From NCBI RefSeq assembly GCF_009914755.1, contig NC_060932.1: a stretch of 64,000 bases of DNA; one strand, written 5' to 3'. Made by a program: the position numbers and the translations under genes. The stretch comes from the human T2T-CHM13v2.0 reference genome, Homo sapiens. Below, piece by piece: positions 12,013-27,015 of the stretch (its first letter is position 1; every line of letters begins with the position of its first letter). The notes beneath the pieces were generated by a model, which had not been told where the DNA came from, searched no databases, and was given only the letters and a program-made list of their open reading frames with translations.

Positions 12013-15000
12013 TTTACAAGTTTAGCTTTAAATCTTCTTTTCTAGTTTACAGAATTATCACTCCCAATTCATCATTTAAAGCATTCACATTTGTGTTTAT
12101 CAAAAGGCATGTATAACTTTCCAACCCTTCAAATCATAATATTAATCTCACATGAGAAATATGCAAAACAACCCACTGGAAGAGAATTTTTATTGGAATA
12201 TTAAACTAATATAAAAGCAACATTTTACCCTAGGCTATGTGAGCCGGAAATGCTTTGCTAAATTGTGGCGGGCAGGGAGAGGGAGGCAGGGAGTGCAAAC
12301 CATGCTTCAAACCGGTGGTGGTGGGGGCGGTGCTTTGGGTAGCAGCTGACAGCCTGACTGAGGTTGAAGCCCTATAGTGCAAACTTAAGAATACTATAAA
12401 ACAGCTTATTTTCTCCACACTTAGTGTGAGACTTAAAACTAAATCCACCGCACAATATTTCTTCTTGAGATACCTTCTACCTTTTGCCATGTGTTATTTC
12501 TTGGTTTTGTTTTTTCTGTGTCGGGAGGAACAGTACCCCATTCTGTATTTGGTTCAAGCTCCAGCAAACTGCTCACGTGCCTCGTATGTTCTACAAGATT
12601 CGCACACTGGGATGGCTCATGTGGTGTCATGAATTGTGAACATTACTGTGCAGTCATTCTCAGAAGGTAGGAGGAAGCTGCCTGTCATTTTTCTAAATGG
12701 GTCGAATAACACCTTTCTGGTATTTTCGCCATCATCCATCAATTTAAAATTAACTTCTTGACAATTTGGCTACTCTCTTTTTTTCTCTTGGCTGGCCACT
12801 CTTCTTTGAATATTTAGCAAGATCCTTAACTCTTGTGGTAACCAGCTACTTCCCAGGGGATTTGTTTTAACTCTTCCCTTTAAACAACCCCCCACTCCCA
12901 ACCCCCAAACAGGCGCCACTGGGCTGCATCAGCTGGGCTTGCTGCTTGTGCCCGACTTAGAAAATAAAAGCCCTTCTTTTATTTGCTTATTTTACCTGCA
13001 AAGTTTGTATTTTCAATCTCTCAGCCTATGAGATAGATATGCTTTACTATATTTGTGGGAGGTAAATACGCTTCTAATATGTTGTACTAAGATGCTTTGG
13101 CCGTATCTTTCTGTCCCTTTTTAGTAAATAGTTTAATCTCTCGTGATAGTTTTAAGCCCGGAATTTGGCAGTACAGCTTATCCGGGATAATAACTTAGTA
13201 ACCACAACATCTTATGCCATCTGTATAATATCAAATACATTTTTATACCAGCATTAATAAACCTTAGTTACAAAAATCCAAGATATTAACCATATCAGTG
13301 CCACGTGTGCTCTCTCTCCATGATCTCACAATGTATTCTGCCAGGAGCGCATCAAAACAATTTTTGGCTTCGTAGCTGATATGTAAATAGCAATGAAACA
13401 GAGCTATAGTAATCAAGTTTAATGGCCAACGTAAAGTAAAATGCTAAATATTGTAGTTGCTGACATTTTTCATAAAAAAATAAAAAAAAACTTGGGTTAA
13501 GACTGCACAACCAACATTCACATAAAATTCCAGACCTCTGTGACAGATGGCTTAGGAAAAAGAAGCCATGTGACTGGGCTGCAGAGTTTTATAGTGCAAA
13601 ACCCATAAATAGTGCAGATTCGATTTCTCTGAAAAATATCAACTCTTCCAAGACAAGACTAATATATATTTTAGTTTTTACAGGCAAAAATTCTAAATAG
13701 TCCATTAAGACAATGATAGATTCTAGGAGTTGTTACGATTATACATTTCGAGTCAATTACTCCTAATGTTTAAAAGAGGCGCTTTCCTGCATCCTGCGCC
13801 CAGCCTGCTGCTCTGAGCACCTGACTTCACTGGGAGAGAGCGGGCGGCTCACTGGGGAGCAGGGTACAGATGGGCCTTAAGTGAGCGCACAGATGCCTTC
13901 AACAATTACATGCAGTACCAGAGAAGGGTCCCTTTCTGCCCATAGATAGGCGATCACACGTTTACAGCATGGGCTTTTATTCAGAGCAGTATCAATGGGC
14001 ATCACTTCTCTCTGTGCTTGAAACTCCAAATGGCAGCACAAAAAGGAGGGAGGGGCTGGGGAAGCTGTGGCAGATATGCATCCCCCACCCCCTCAATCTT
14101 CTAATATTCTGATTTCTTCAAGTGCTATTCTGGATCTTTAGTTTAAGTATTTCAATGTAAAGTTCTCTTGGGGGTAGGTATAGGATTACTACTATTCATG
14201 TTCTTTCCGACTTAGAGGGGACATCCCAGGCCATCGATTTCAGCCACTTTTGAGCTACCTGATGCTACCTACATTTTATTTATTCATTAAGTTATTGAGA
14301 AAGTACTTCATATTTTTAAGACACTATATTCTAGGGAAAGTAAAATTGGAAAACAGGTTGTTTCTGCCTTCAACAAATTTCTTTTTTATGCATATAGATT
14401 TTTAGTGAAGGTAATTTTATAAATTTAATGTAAATTATAATTAAACTGAAGGTTGAACTAATTACTCATTGTAATCCTTACCTTTACTATAAAATAAGAA
14501 GTGACCTAGATGGCCGCCAACAGAGAAATACTTAATGAAAATATGCCACCCCTATTTAATGGCACATTATGTGGTCAGGAAAGTGATAATTATGAACACT
14601 GTTTCTACATGGAAAATACTTGTATCACTGACAGCAGAGAACAATGTGGCATTCCTACTATGTTTACAACTAGGGAAAAAAGAGAGAAATGTGTTTTCTG
14701 AAAAAGAACAAAAAGGAAAACACAAAAGTGATTGTAGATCCTTGTATGTAGAAGGTAGGCTTGTGGCTATTTTCTTCCATTATTTTTCAGGCAAATGACA
14801 ACATTATATTGTTTTAGCAATTTTAAGTGGTCACACATTCAAAGTTTGTGATGAAGTAAAAATAAAATTGGAATTTTAACTTAAATGTTATCTTGTGAAA
14901 ATTATTAATTTTCCAAACATTGATAAAACAAGAAAGCACTGTTTTCCTGACTTGGCAAGCTGTCTTATGAATACAGGATGGGTCACCTGCCATTTTTTCC

Positions 15001-15439
15001 CTGTTGACTTGGCTGAGAGGAAGTGCAAAACTAAGTGTCCTTCTGATTAGGTTTCTGCCATAATTAGCCCCTGGCTTTCATCTAGCAGCTGATGTTTTTT
15101 ATTCTTGCTTCAAGGTTTTTGTTTTGGGAGTATCTTTTCCATACTGAAAGCTATGTTAAATATGTTTTCAAAGTAGGCAGGGTATTAACAGTAAACAGAT
15201 GAAATGAAAATATCTTACTCTTACTAAACGGTAATTATTAAAGCTGTTTAGATTATAAATTTGTGAAATATACTCAAAATAAATAGAGGAGAAATGATCA
15301 GAGGAGAAATAACTAATGTAAGGTATAAAATTTAAGTGAAATTTAAAACAGCTTCCCCAAGATCTTTGGGACTTGGAATCATGGTCCACGCTGCTTGGCC
15401 AGCAGCTTAGCTACTCTAAGATCTTAAGAAGAGAAGTTA

Positions 15440-15660
15440 GACAGGCATGAGTTCAAATTTCTGTTTCAACAGTTATAGTTGTGCCACTCAGAGAAAGTAA
15501 TTTAGTATCTCTGTACTACTGTTTCTTTATCTGCAAAATGGGATAATAATATCTGCTTTACAGAAATTCTAGAGGGATTAAAAGGGATTAATGTGAGCCA
15601 CATGCTTGCTTATAGTACCTGGCACATAATACGTCTTCCATAAATGACAGCTGATAATCA
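15440..15660 (+). mobile_element. MIR SINE
   Basis: gagttcaaat...ctgtttctttatctgcaaaatgggataataat...gtacctggcacataat matches the MIR core. Confidence 0.85.
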
Positions 15661-16427
15661 TAATAATTTGACTGAGTTTGTTTTTCCAACTTCTACTTTA
15701 GATTCAGGGGATTGGACTAGGTTTTTGAATACGAAAAGAGACATGTTCTTAGGTTACTGTGCACAGGGCTAAAAAGCCAATTATTAAATAGCTGTTTCCT
15801 TGCACCTGTATCAACCAGTGCCTTGTGATCCCTGACCCAAGACCGTCATAACATTTCACTCAGAATGTGTGGCAAATCTGCCCTGCTCTTAAAGTTACCA
15901 GAAAAGGCGGCATCAGGGTTCTCACCGCCCAGAGGGCCGCCAGACTTCCTGATACCAGGCGGCAAGAATGGCGGTGCCACATCATGTTATTTCTAGGCCT
16001 TGTTCAAGCACAAAACAGACTTTGAACTTTAAACATTTCAAGCAAGTGTCAATTTTTTGTTTTCTTTTAAGGCACACTCTGCATATGCCATTTTGTCTAA
16101 ACAGGTGGGGAAAACACCAAAACAAACAACAGAATGCCTGGCAAGCAGCAGCGATGAGGATAAAGATAGACTGCAAGGCCTGTTCCTACCTCTGGTGATC
16201 AGGGTGGGAGGAGGGAAGAAAACGGGAGTGCATCTGCCTGGGGCCTGTACCGGAGGAAGATGCTCAGGAGGCCCAGCAGACCCAGGACTCTCTCCCACCT
16301 GTGGCCCCGTGGCAAGACCAAAGGGGAGCTCTTTGGAGCTGTGGCCCCTTTGTGTCTTCCAAATCATATTAATTCCAAATTAAAATGAAGGACATTATAT
16401 GCATCTTACAACCAAGTTCTAGAATCA

Positions 16428-16925
<498 letters not shown>

Positions 16926-18418
16926 TAAAGCTAATACTTCAGACAAATTTACCTTTAACCATTATGTCATCCACTAAGCACTGATAGTGTTAATTGTTTT
17001 TCCCTGATTTAATTCCTCAAAGAGATACTTAAAACATATGTAGGCAATATTGGTGGTACAAATATGTTATATATATGTTGGATTGTATTTTAACAAATAA
17101 ATAATTCCTTTGAAAATCTTCTGCCTCTGGGACATAATGGGCTCTGGTTTGGGCAGTGATTGGCAATGTCACAAGCACTGGTGCCTTCAGGCTGGGGTGT
17201 GATGGGAGCCGGCACTTGAGGGATGCTGGTTGAGTGAATGGATGACCATGTGAACAGCAGCATGAGCCTTCTGTGTTGGGAAGGGGTGGATCAGTGACGT
17301 CTTCCAGTTTTGGAGGCCAAGAGACTTTGCAAGGAGGATAGCATTTTGGAATGTCCATATCATCCTTCGTTATATTTTTAGAGTGTGTAGGAAATCAAAG
17401 TTTTTTTGCCCCTCTGAAAACAACCTCTGCTCCTATGATCTTCTACAAGATCATTTGCAATTTTACAAAGCACCAATTCAGATTGCCCATTAAGCTTGGA
17501 GTCTGTTGTGAGATTGCATACAGCCAGTTAACATGTATTAGCCCCAATATATGGGCATGAAGGCAATTTCAAAGTTAGTGTTCTTTGGCTTGATGTCAAA
17601 AAGATTGTGCCCATGGGTGACAGTAAGATCTGTAATTCATACTCCTATGGGGTGCTTTATGCAAATGAGAGATGCTCATTGTGTAAAGGAAAGAACTGGA
17701 TGCAAGCAGAGGAGAATTGAGAAATCAGCCCTCACCCAAGTTCTGGTCAAATTCCCTGCAAAGCCACCATGCCTGCCCTGGATGAAAGGAAGCTCACCTC
17801 TTCAAGCTTAGCTCTTTACCCAGAGCCATGCAAGGCAGGGACAGCTCCCAGAGGGTCACTTCTTTTCTCTTGCTTTGTTGGTAAGCTCCTCAAGGGCAAA
17901 GTCTATGACTGACCCTAACCTGTGGCCGGGGCAGTCCAGCACTTAGAGACCTTTGGTTGGTTCAGCTATGAGTCCATCACCAGGATGTCTTGCTAATATA
18001 CCAAAAGTGCTCAGCTGTGAAAGTTTGGAGTAAGGAGAAGCTGTACATTTCAAGACGCTTATTTCTACACATGAAACTCAAGAGATCCTTGGATTTGAGC
18101 TATGAGAAATAAGCGTACTAATAGCCTGCCATGGTGGAAGAATCAAATAATAGCAGAGAGATAATCAGGCTAGCATTCAATGTGGAGGTGAAGTCTGTCT
18201 CTGCTTAATCCTACATTAAGTAAAAGGCAGCACTGATAACAGAAAAGGCCTACATCAGACATGGTTTCATCAGAGGCTCAGTTTCAGGGTGAATTACCTT
18301 GGCTTTCTCTCACTTTTGCTAAAATAATTATCTTGTTAATTCAGGAATAAATGAGATTCTCTTCAACATTAAGAAAATAAGGTCCAACCAGGACAGAATT
18401 CTAGACATTGTTACAGTT

Positions 18419-18470
18419 GTGTGCAAATGTGTGCACGTGCGTGTGTGCATGTGTGTGTGTGTGCATGCAC
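18419..18470. repeat. Alternating purine-pyrimidine (TG/CA/CG) tract
   Basis: gtgtgcacgtgcgtgtgtgcatgtgtgtgtgtgtgcatgcac. Confidence 0.85.
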
Positions 18471-20593
18471 TGGCAGAAGGATTCTGCACAAAGTGACAAT
18501 CTAGGGCACGATGTTTCTCCCATTTTAGCAACTACTATGCAAAGGAGACAATTTTCATGGGAAAATGGTTTTTAGAACTCCCAGCATAACAAACTCCTTT
18601 GGGAAGTCAATCTGTGTGCTCTCTGTCTCTTCCACCCTCGTCACCACATCAATTGTTTGGCTTCTGCGGTTAAGACTTGGTTGGCACTGAAAGGCTGAGG
18701 CGTGCGGCGAGCTCCTGTCACCTGGGCATGCAGGATGAGCTCCGTGGAGCAGTCTGGCACAGAGTGCTCCCGCCAGGAGCCCAAGAACACAACACTGAAA
18801 ATCTACTGTTTGATTTTTTGAAACGTGTCCATTTAACAATTGCTTTTCTAACCAAAAATATGTTTTTAAAATAGAACACATATTGATAAGGGGAAAAGCC
18901 CTGTAATTTTAGTCATCTTTGTTTGATATGTTGCTTGGTGTCATTGTCATAGAAGATGGAGAATCTGAAGGTGAGAGGCAGAATTCTGAGGAACAGGAAC
19001 ACATCTACAGGCACAGATGGACAGCATTCATTCTAGAACCACTTACCGTAGTCATTTCAGTAACACCAATAATTATAATATTGGTTCCTGTATTCTCATA
19101 GGACAGCCTGAATAACCAAATGATAAGGCACTAAGAAGGAAGCGATTTTAGTATTTCTCCAAGCAGATGGCTACTAGAATAGATACCTTTTAAAAGAAGG
19201 AATTTATTCAGATTAAAAAAATGAATTTAAAAATAAAGTTGCATTTAAAAATTCCCTAAATCACCTATGTAAATAATTTGTGACTAGGAATCTTTTGAAT
19301 TTGGATCGCCTGGTATACATATGCATGTATTTTTTATTTTTAGAGGATGTATTTCTCTTTGTTTAAGAACCTCATTTGTTTAAAAATTGTTTTTGAGTGG
19401 TTTTTGGCCACCAACTCTTCCTGGGGTTTACTTGGCTCAGCTTTGTCCAGAAGCTAATTCTGATTCTTCTGTCAAATGCTCAGTGGCACCGTGTTACCTG
19501 CTCTCCTGAAGGCCTGGCACAGCACAGGCAGCAGCTGACCATGCCGGGGACCGGCACACTTAAAGGGGAAAAGAGGAGCCATGGTCTTCAAGTGCCCAGG
19601 TTTCAGGGTTAGCATTTGATGCAGAAAATCTTCCACATAAAGCAGGGTAACATTTATTCTCAAGTAAGTCTAGGCAACTTATTTCAGTGGCTTCAGCCAT
19701 CTAGGTAGGGAAATCATTTCTTTGAACTGAAGCACTTTCTGTAAATAGGAGTTCCTGCTCCAGCTGACAGCAGGTGCAAATGGCTGAGCCACTTTTACAA
19801 GCTCTGTGGATCGCTGTGACTGTGGCATCAGAAGCCCTTTGCTGTCAAAGGGCATGAAGGATCTTTGTTTTTTGGTTTTCATAAAATTACTTCTTATTGT
19901 CAATTGGGGAGGAAAGGAGAGGGTATTGGAGAAATGTGATTAATTTCATGGGCTTCAGAAGTGTGGTGTTTTTAAAACTTCACAGAATGTGATTTTGTAT
20001 TTGAATGCCCTGAGGTCTCAACCCTCCCTGAATCATCTCCTGTTGATTTAATGTATTCATGTTCTACCATGTGTCTCTGGAGAATACTGTGGCAACTTAG
20101 ACTATCTTATGTTACACAATAGTAACAAATGCAATGATAAAATTTCATGGGTCAATTTTGCAAATGTTTCACAAGTCACCATTTGATCACACATTTCTTA
20201 CCTTCTTTGATTTGCAGACACTGAAAAGCTTCCATTGTTGAGATTTATTTTAATAGCAATCCTCTTTTCTTGTGTGCCAAATTCCCCATAGCAAAAACAG
20301 CTTTGAAATGTGTAAATTCTCCCCAACCCATCTCTGTAACTCACTTCTCCCCAAACTTTGGTACCCCAACTTCAAGAGGAGCCACAGAGCAGGATGTGCA
20401 CACTTTCATCCTTCTTTGACCCCACCAAGCTCATCCCTGCCTGCGTTCCTCTGAGCCTCTTCCTGAGACAGGGAGGGGATCGCTTCAGAGGTTGGGGAGC
20501 AGAGTGGTAGTGAATGTAGTTAGGAACATGAAAGGCAGTTTATTCTCACAGTTCAGTCGCTGGCCCACCCTCCGGGCTCTTGGACTGGCCTAC

Positions 20594-20805
20594 CTTAGCA
20601 TGCAGACTCTGTGGCTTGTTGGAGAGGATGTCTGTGGCTTCCCTGCAGCGGGTGGAAAGGTTCAGGATGGCAGCAGCTGCTGCTATGTGGGTGTCTTCAC
20701 TACATTGACCGTAGCTATAAGAGCTGGCACGGCCAGGGCTCTGGGTGTGGGCGCCTGCACTAGGCAGTCGATTAGGAAATTTCACTGGATTTGGAAAATG
20801 CTTTG
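20594..20805 (-). CDS. ST18: ST18 exon KHFPNPVKF...AAAAAILNLSTRCRE...PQSLHAK, 212 nt (MYT1 domain)
   Basis: Acceptor tctctcttcaacag|CA AAG CAT; donor GCT AAG|gtaggc; phase 1 in, 0 out. Confidence 0.95.
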
Positions 20806-23070
20806 CTGTTGAAGAGAGATTTGATTAGCAATTGCATGTACATGGTTTTAGTCATTAAACAGATTTGTTTTTTTTAAAAATGTAACTTCTTGCATTAAAA
20901 TATGTGAAGAATAAATTAAAACACGTTCCATTATCCATGGGAACATTAAATGAAGGTTATCCAGACCGGTTTTCACAGAGATTCACAGAACAAATGACAT
21001 AATTGCTGGGAGAGAATACTTATTCTCTTAATATTTTTGTATTTACGCTTCTTATGACAAAAACTCCATAACTAATGTTATGGGGCAGGTGCACTGGCAA
21101 CATTTGTGGCAAAAATTGTAGATAAAAAAACACACTAGCAAAACCTCCCAGGGACTACAGAGAGTTTAAGGCATGCCCATTGGAAAACTGCATATATGTG
21201 AGGACCGGTGATTCCAGTGGCGGAAAAAAAAATGTGTCCTTTCAATATTTGTTTTCACAATAACAATTTCTACTTAGACATGGAATTGTATTTTTATTAT
21301 TTGATATGCAGGCTTGTTTTGTCCTTAAACCAGTAGAAGTTGTTCTTCATCCAACTAGATGGAACTAAATAGATGGTGGAGTCTTTAATGAGCTGGCATT
21401 TTGGCATATTTAGGGAGAGAGAGATAAATAAAGGGCAGGCAGGAAATGTTCTCAAGGTGAACAGAAAGGCAATTTAGTTATCAAGGCTGAGTTTCCATTT
21501 TATGTTTCTGTTGTGGGTACCAAGGCATTACTGAGAGATAGAATTAAACATATTTCTCTTCATTCTTGAGTATTTGTAAACATCACTCCAGGTTACAGGA
21601 GAAACACTCAAGATTTAATGTGAGCTAATATAAAAGCATTTAGCTTTTTATTTTATATTAAATTTTTTTATTTTAAATATTTGATTCTTTTCATAAAACA
21701 AAACTTAAAACACTGGCAAATGTTATATTTCTATAATTACAAGAATATGAAAATGTCACTGAATGTTTTGCACTTTTAAAAATCAATGTCCGTACTATAT
21801 GAGTACATTGAATGCTCTTATTAACTAGCTTCGCTGGAATTAAACATATATGTATGTACGTATATTGTGTGTATATATAATAAAATTGTATATCTGTATA
21901 GGCACACACAAAATTGCATGGATAGATAGATATAAAACTGTGTGTGTACAACTTTTCCCTTAAATCTAACAGGTTGTTAGTGGTTATTTATGTTAGTTGG
22001 AAGCTATTTTTGGTAAGATTAGGTAAAATATCTTTTAGAATGTAATGTACCTCTCCCTGATAGGCAAATTCCTTTCAAGTCTGTTTACTACTGGGTTTTA
22101 CACGAAATTCTAGTTCTCTGAAAGAATTCATCAGCATCACATAATGAGGTAAACATTCTGTGCTCTTAAGACCACTCAGTTTCCATAGCCTGGTGCAAGT
22201 TCAAAGGGATTCTATGGCTATGCAGAATGTTGTAAAAAATTCATTGTCTAGGAGAACTCAATGTGCACATTATTTAGCTCTTTCCTTTGTGGAAGTTAAG
22301 TGACCATAATGAAGAAATCATGACCTCTATTGGTTCCCAATATTTACTTTCACACCTTTTCATTAGAATGTTTAAGGACCCCAACAACTTGAAGAAATGT
22401 GTAAGAAGAAAAAACACCAGGTTTCATACACTATACCATATTTGAGTTATGGTCTTCTATATGGATGTGTTAGCATTAAAGAATATTAATGTATTTTAAG
22501 TGTTTCCATATTCATGCTTCAGTTTGGGAGTAAAGATTTCCACAGCCACACAATTTTTTCTATTATAGTAAAATCCTGACTTTCAAATTGTTTCTTAGAC
22601 TTCTCACCTTCCCTTCCACCTTTAGTTTGAATGCTTTTGCTGAGTTAAATAATATTTTAAACAGCATTTCAACATTTTACCTATTAGATTTCCATAATTT
22701 CAATACAAATAAATATTACTGCATTACAACAGTCATCACATTTTTCAATATAGTAATCCAAGCTCCAGCTAACTGTGAGTTAAATATTTCTTTAGAATTA
22801 TTGTACTTAGATTCAACAATAGCATCATATTTGTAGAATAATTAATTCATTAACTATTCACTATATTATGTGTAACTTCAGCATAAAATCAATAACATTG
22901 ATCAACTTATTATCGTTTTCTTTATGGTATTTCACTTGAATATATTTTCTCTCCTGCCAGCTGTATGTAGTATATCATATATTTAAGTACAGCCCCCTGG
23001 CCCCCAGTACACACATACACCCATACACAAGAAGCATTTTGGGGAAACGGCATTAGAGCTCAAAGCTTAC

Positions 23071-23264
23071 ATTCAGGAAATGGTGGTGTTTTTCGTCCTT
23101 GCACTGTTTGTATGAGAGGGCGTTTACCGAAAACTTGGGCATCAAAACTGGCATAATCAAATGGTACTTTTCCAAACTTCTCTTGTTCTTTTGACACTGT
23201 GGCTCTGGGAGAGGTGATGGCTTGTGACGGGAAATTGAATTCAATTTGCTTCACCAAACTTGTC
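23071..23264 (-). CDS. ST18: ST18 exon TSLVKQIEF...[17 protein letters not shown]...PPFPE, 194 nt
   Basis: Acceptor cccccctctccag|G ACA AGT; donor CCT GAA T|gtaagc; phase 2 in, 1 out; FDYASFD..VFGKR is a MYT1-family motif. Confidence 0.95.
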
Positions 23265-23623
23265 CTGGAGAGGGGGGTGAAGCAGTTCAAAAGAAATACA
23301 ATGAAACTACTGGTGAGCACATTAGTGTCAGAATTTACAGTAGATACATGTGTCACTCCTGAAGGTATCCACAGAGACACTGAACAATAAGAGAGACGGG
23401 GCCATGGCAGGACAGAGCAGCATGCTCCGGACCCATAGGGCGAGATGGAAAGATGCTCTGGGCTCTACATCACTACATGATGCTGCGTACTCTGGGTCCT
23501 AGTCCTCCCATCAGCAAATTAAGAATATGCAATCCTCCATTCATCTTATGAAGATATCATGAGCAGATATTTGATGCTTATTAGCATTTTGAGTTTTTAA
23601 AGTTCTTAAAGGAAATCCATGTC

Positions 23624-23921
23624 AGGTGGGTGCGGTGGCTTACGCCTATAATCCCAGCCGTTTGGGAGGCCAAGGTGGGTGGATCATCTGAGCTCAGGAG
23701 TTCGAGACCAGCCTGGCCAACACGGTGAAACCCCTGTCTCTACTAAAAATACCAAAATTAGCCAGGTGTGGTGGCACACATCTGTAATCCCAGCTACTCA
23801 GGAGGCTGAGGCAGGAGAATCACTTGAACCTAAGAGGCGGAGGTTGCAGTGAACTGAGATCATGTCACTGCATTCCAGCCTGGGAGACAGAGCAAGACTC
23901 CATCTCAAAAAAAACAAAAAA
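23624..23921 (+). mobile_element. Full-length Alu (AluS-like)
   Basis: Dimeric Alu; target-site duplication aaa(t/g)ccatgt. Confidence 0.95.
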
Positions 23922-25681
23922 GCCATGTTACCATCAGTAAATACTGGTTAAGGTGCTGACAAGGTGTGCACATTCTGCTTGTTAGAATTGTTCATTAGAT
24001 TGGCAATGAATAGTCACAATTGTGACCAGTGAGCAAGTGTCATTATATTCTGTTCAGAAGTGATGCCAGGCTCTGCTCAGTCCTGCAGAGCTGGCAGAAA
24101 TCTGATGCCTAAGAGGGGCAGTACAGACACCAGAGATTTGATTCCTGAATTGGGAGTTTCTTCCTGGGCTTTTCACCTTTTTTCCCTGCCTTCAGTCAGA
24201 ATGTTTTTGCTGATTTAAGTAATACTTTAAATGGCACTTCAATATTTTATCGATTGAATTGCCATCATCTCAATATGAATCAAAATTACTGTATTATAAT
24301 ATCTATCACATTTTCAACATAATTATCACAATCTAAGCTAAATGTGAATTATATATTCTTTTAGAATGGTTGTTATTTGGATTAAACAAGGGCATCAGAT
24401 TTGTGTAGCACTGATTCCAGCCAAATAAAACACAAATGATTTTCTGCTGTGGTGTAATGGTAAGAGAACATAAACAAATATACCTTTCAAAATTTAACAA
24501 TATTAAAAAATATATTTTTCTCTTTTTTCCACCAAAAACTGTCAAACTCATCAGAATGCCAAAGTTTCCAATGAGTTTTTTTTGGATTAGATTTTACAAA
24601 AACTTTTTAGCTGCTATATAAAAATATCTGAGCAACTAGTTGATCTTATTGCCTTTATAACTTGGTTTAGAGCCTTAAATCTGCATATATATTCTAATCT
24701 AAAACAATATTAATCTTTTAAGAAATGAGCAAAATGAAATTCAATATTCTTTCTATATTTGCTAACTAACTTACTTGGGGAGAAACTAGAGTGTACAGTC
24801 ATACCAACCAAGAATCTTACTTTAAGACTTTTAATTGCTACTTATTCAGTAATTCATAATTTTCACTTGACATATGTTCTTCACGCATGTGATTTAAATG
24901 CCAATTTTGACTCTTCATCAAATCTATAGAAGCAAAATATTAAGGGAAGCCGTATCTTGAAAACGTTGAAATGTCTAATAACTGGTTTTATATTTCAGTG
25001 ACTCAGTAACAATAGTTATCTGATCATCTAGCTTAATCCTGAAATCATTTTCCCTACAAAAATGATTTTATGGCAATAAACATATAACTTTACATTAAAT
25101 ATCATCATATATACTTTAGTATTTAGATATAAAATCTTCCAAATTTCTAGATATCACCAAGAGGCTGGGAGCTACCAGGACCAATAGGAGATACTTTATT
25201 AATAGCTGTCAATCATGGAATGAATTTTTGTTTTAAATACATTATATGTGTTTGTGGAACTGAAGGATGAATATATAACAGTACATATTTAGGAAAGGCA
25301 GGAGTGACTTCTGATGGCATTTTCTCCAGGCAGAAAGGTGATGAAGGAGTGCTCATCTGACTTGTGGGTATACTTAGTAACCCACAATTCTGATTAATGT
25401 AGGCTATGGTATATTAATTCTTTTAGATTCACCCCTATTATGTTACCTTTGCAAAGAGATGACTTTCAAGTTAAACTTCTGGAGAGTTTAGTAGTTCATT
25501 TCAGCAACGATGTCATTAACTAGACCAGCCTCTGGTCTAGTGGAGTGGGCTGCACACCCAGGTCTACTGGGGCTGAGAGGGGAGGTCAAGCCACAGAGAA
25601 CTGACTCATGAAGGACCAGAGGCCCCGCTGTGCAGGAGCCTGGATGAAGAGAGCACTGAGAACATCGTTAGGGGTTCATAC

Positions 25682-25786
25682 CTGTGGGCCTGGTCAGGAC
25701 ACTGCCCAGTTTGGGGAGAATCAAGCTGATTTTTATCCTGGGACATTGCCAATTTTTCAGCTGCAGCAATTGGACAACCAGAAAGA
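25682..25786 (-). CDS. ST18: ST18 exon completing zinc finger 2 (LSGCPIAAAEKLAMSQ...PDQAHR), 105 nt
   Basis: Acceptor ttttttaaacag|T CTT TCT GGT TGT; donor CAC AG|gtatga; phase 2-2. Confidence 0.95.
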
Positions 25787-26829
25787 CTGTTTAAAAAAAG
25801 AAACACAGGAGGATTTTAGTTAAAATGATAATATGATTTGTTTTGGCATGTGCCTCACAGCACACTTGGCACACACTAAATGTTAAGTCATATTAATAGT
25901 TCACTTAGCACCACGCACACACTGAAAGATCCCAAAGGGTTTTGCAAACTACAGTGTCAACACTTGCTCCCATCCCCATCTCAGAGGTGAAAGGTAACAA
26001 ACTCATTTTTAAACATCAAAACATTATGTAAGGGATAAATAACTAAAGCATTTGGAAACTTTTTAATATTCTAAGTGAATGTGCTCATTCCAATTGCAAT
26101 GTATCCAACTCTAGAAGTTAGCATAACTCCTTGACTTATCTTAGCATCTTTAGAAAAATTTTAGGAACTCAGTTTTTCACCTTAGTTGAAATTCAAAGTG
26201 CAGAATGTGAAGTTTGCTGGCATAGTGCTTATAAGTCAAATAGTACCTCATCGCCACATAATCGACTTGTAATATAAAATGTGAATATCAAACAATCAGC
26301 ATTTTCACCCCAAATATTTATAGACACACAATACATTTTCATGTAAATGCACATATGTATGTCTTATGCTAGTTGCAATTTCAGTGAAGTGATGTTTACC
26401 CTACACCTGATTTATAGTTAGAACCATTGAAGCCCTGTTGGTACCTTTTTAATGTCTATTGGACAGGATCCAGGATAACCTAGAAGCAACTCTTTGCAAT
26501 GTCAAAACAGCAATGGTGAGGTTCTGGAGCAAAAGACAGCACATTCTATTTGTATGATTATATGAATAGGTAACCACAGCAACTTCAAATATAATATTTT
26601 TTCATTATCATAACTGGTTGCTAATATACAAATTTCTAAGAAAGGAAATGATGAGGTCCTTTCTTTTTGACAATGCACATGCTGAGAATATTTCTTCTCT
26701 ATTTCAAGTGTCACATATTGGACAGTGATGCAGCAATTTTCATCACACATTGGTAACCCATTATTTTATTGGTGGAACGTTTCTACCACATTTTTTAAAT
26801 GCAAAATGATTATCATCTAATGAGAATTA

Positions 26830-27015
<186 letters not shown>

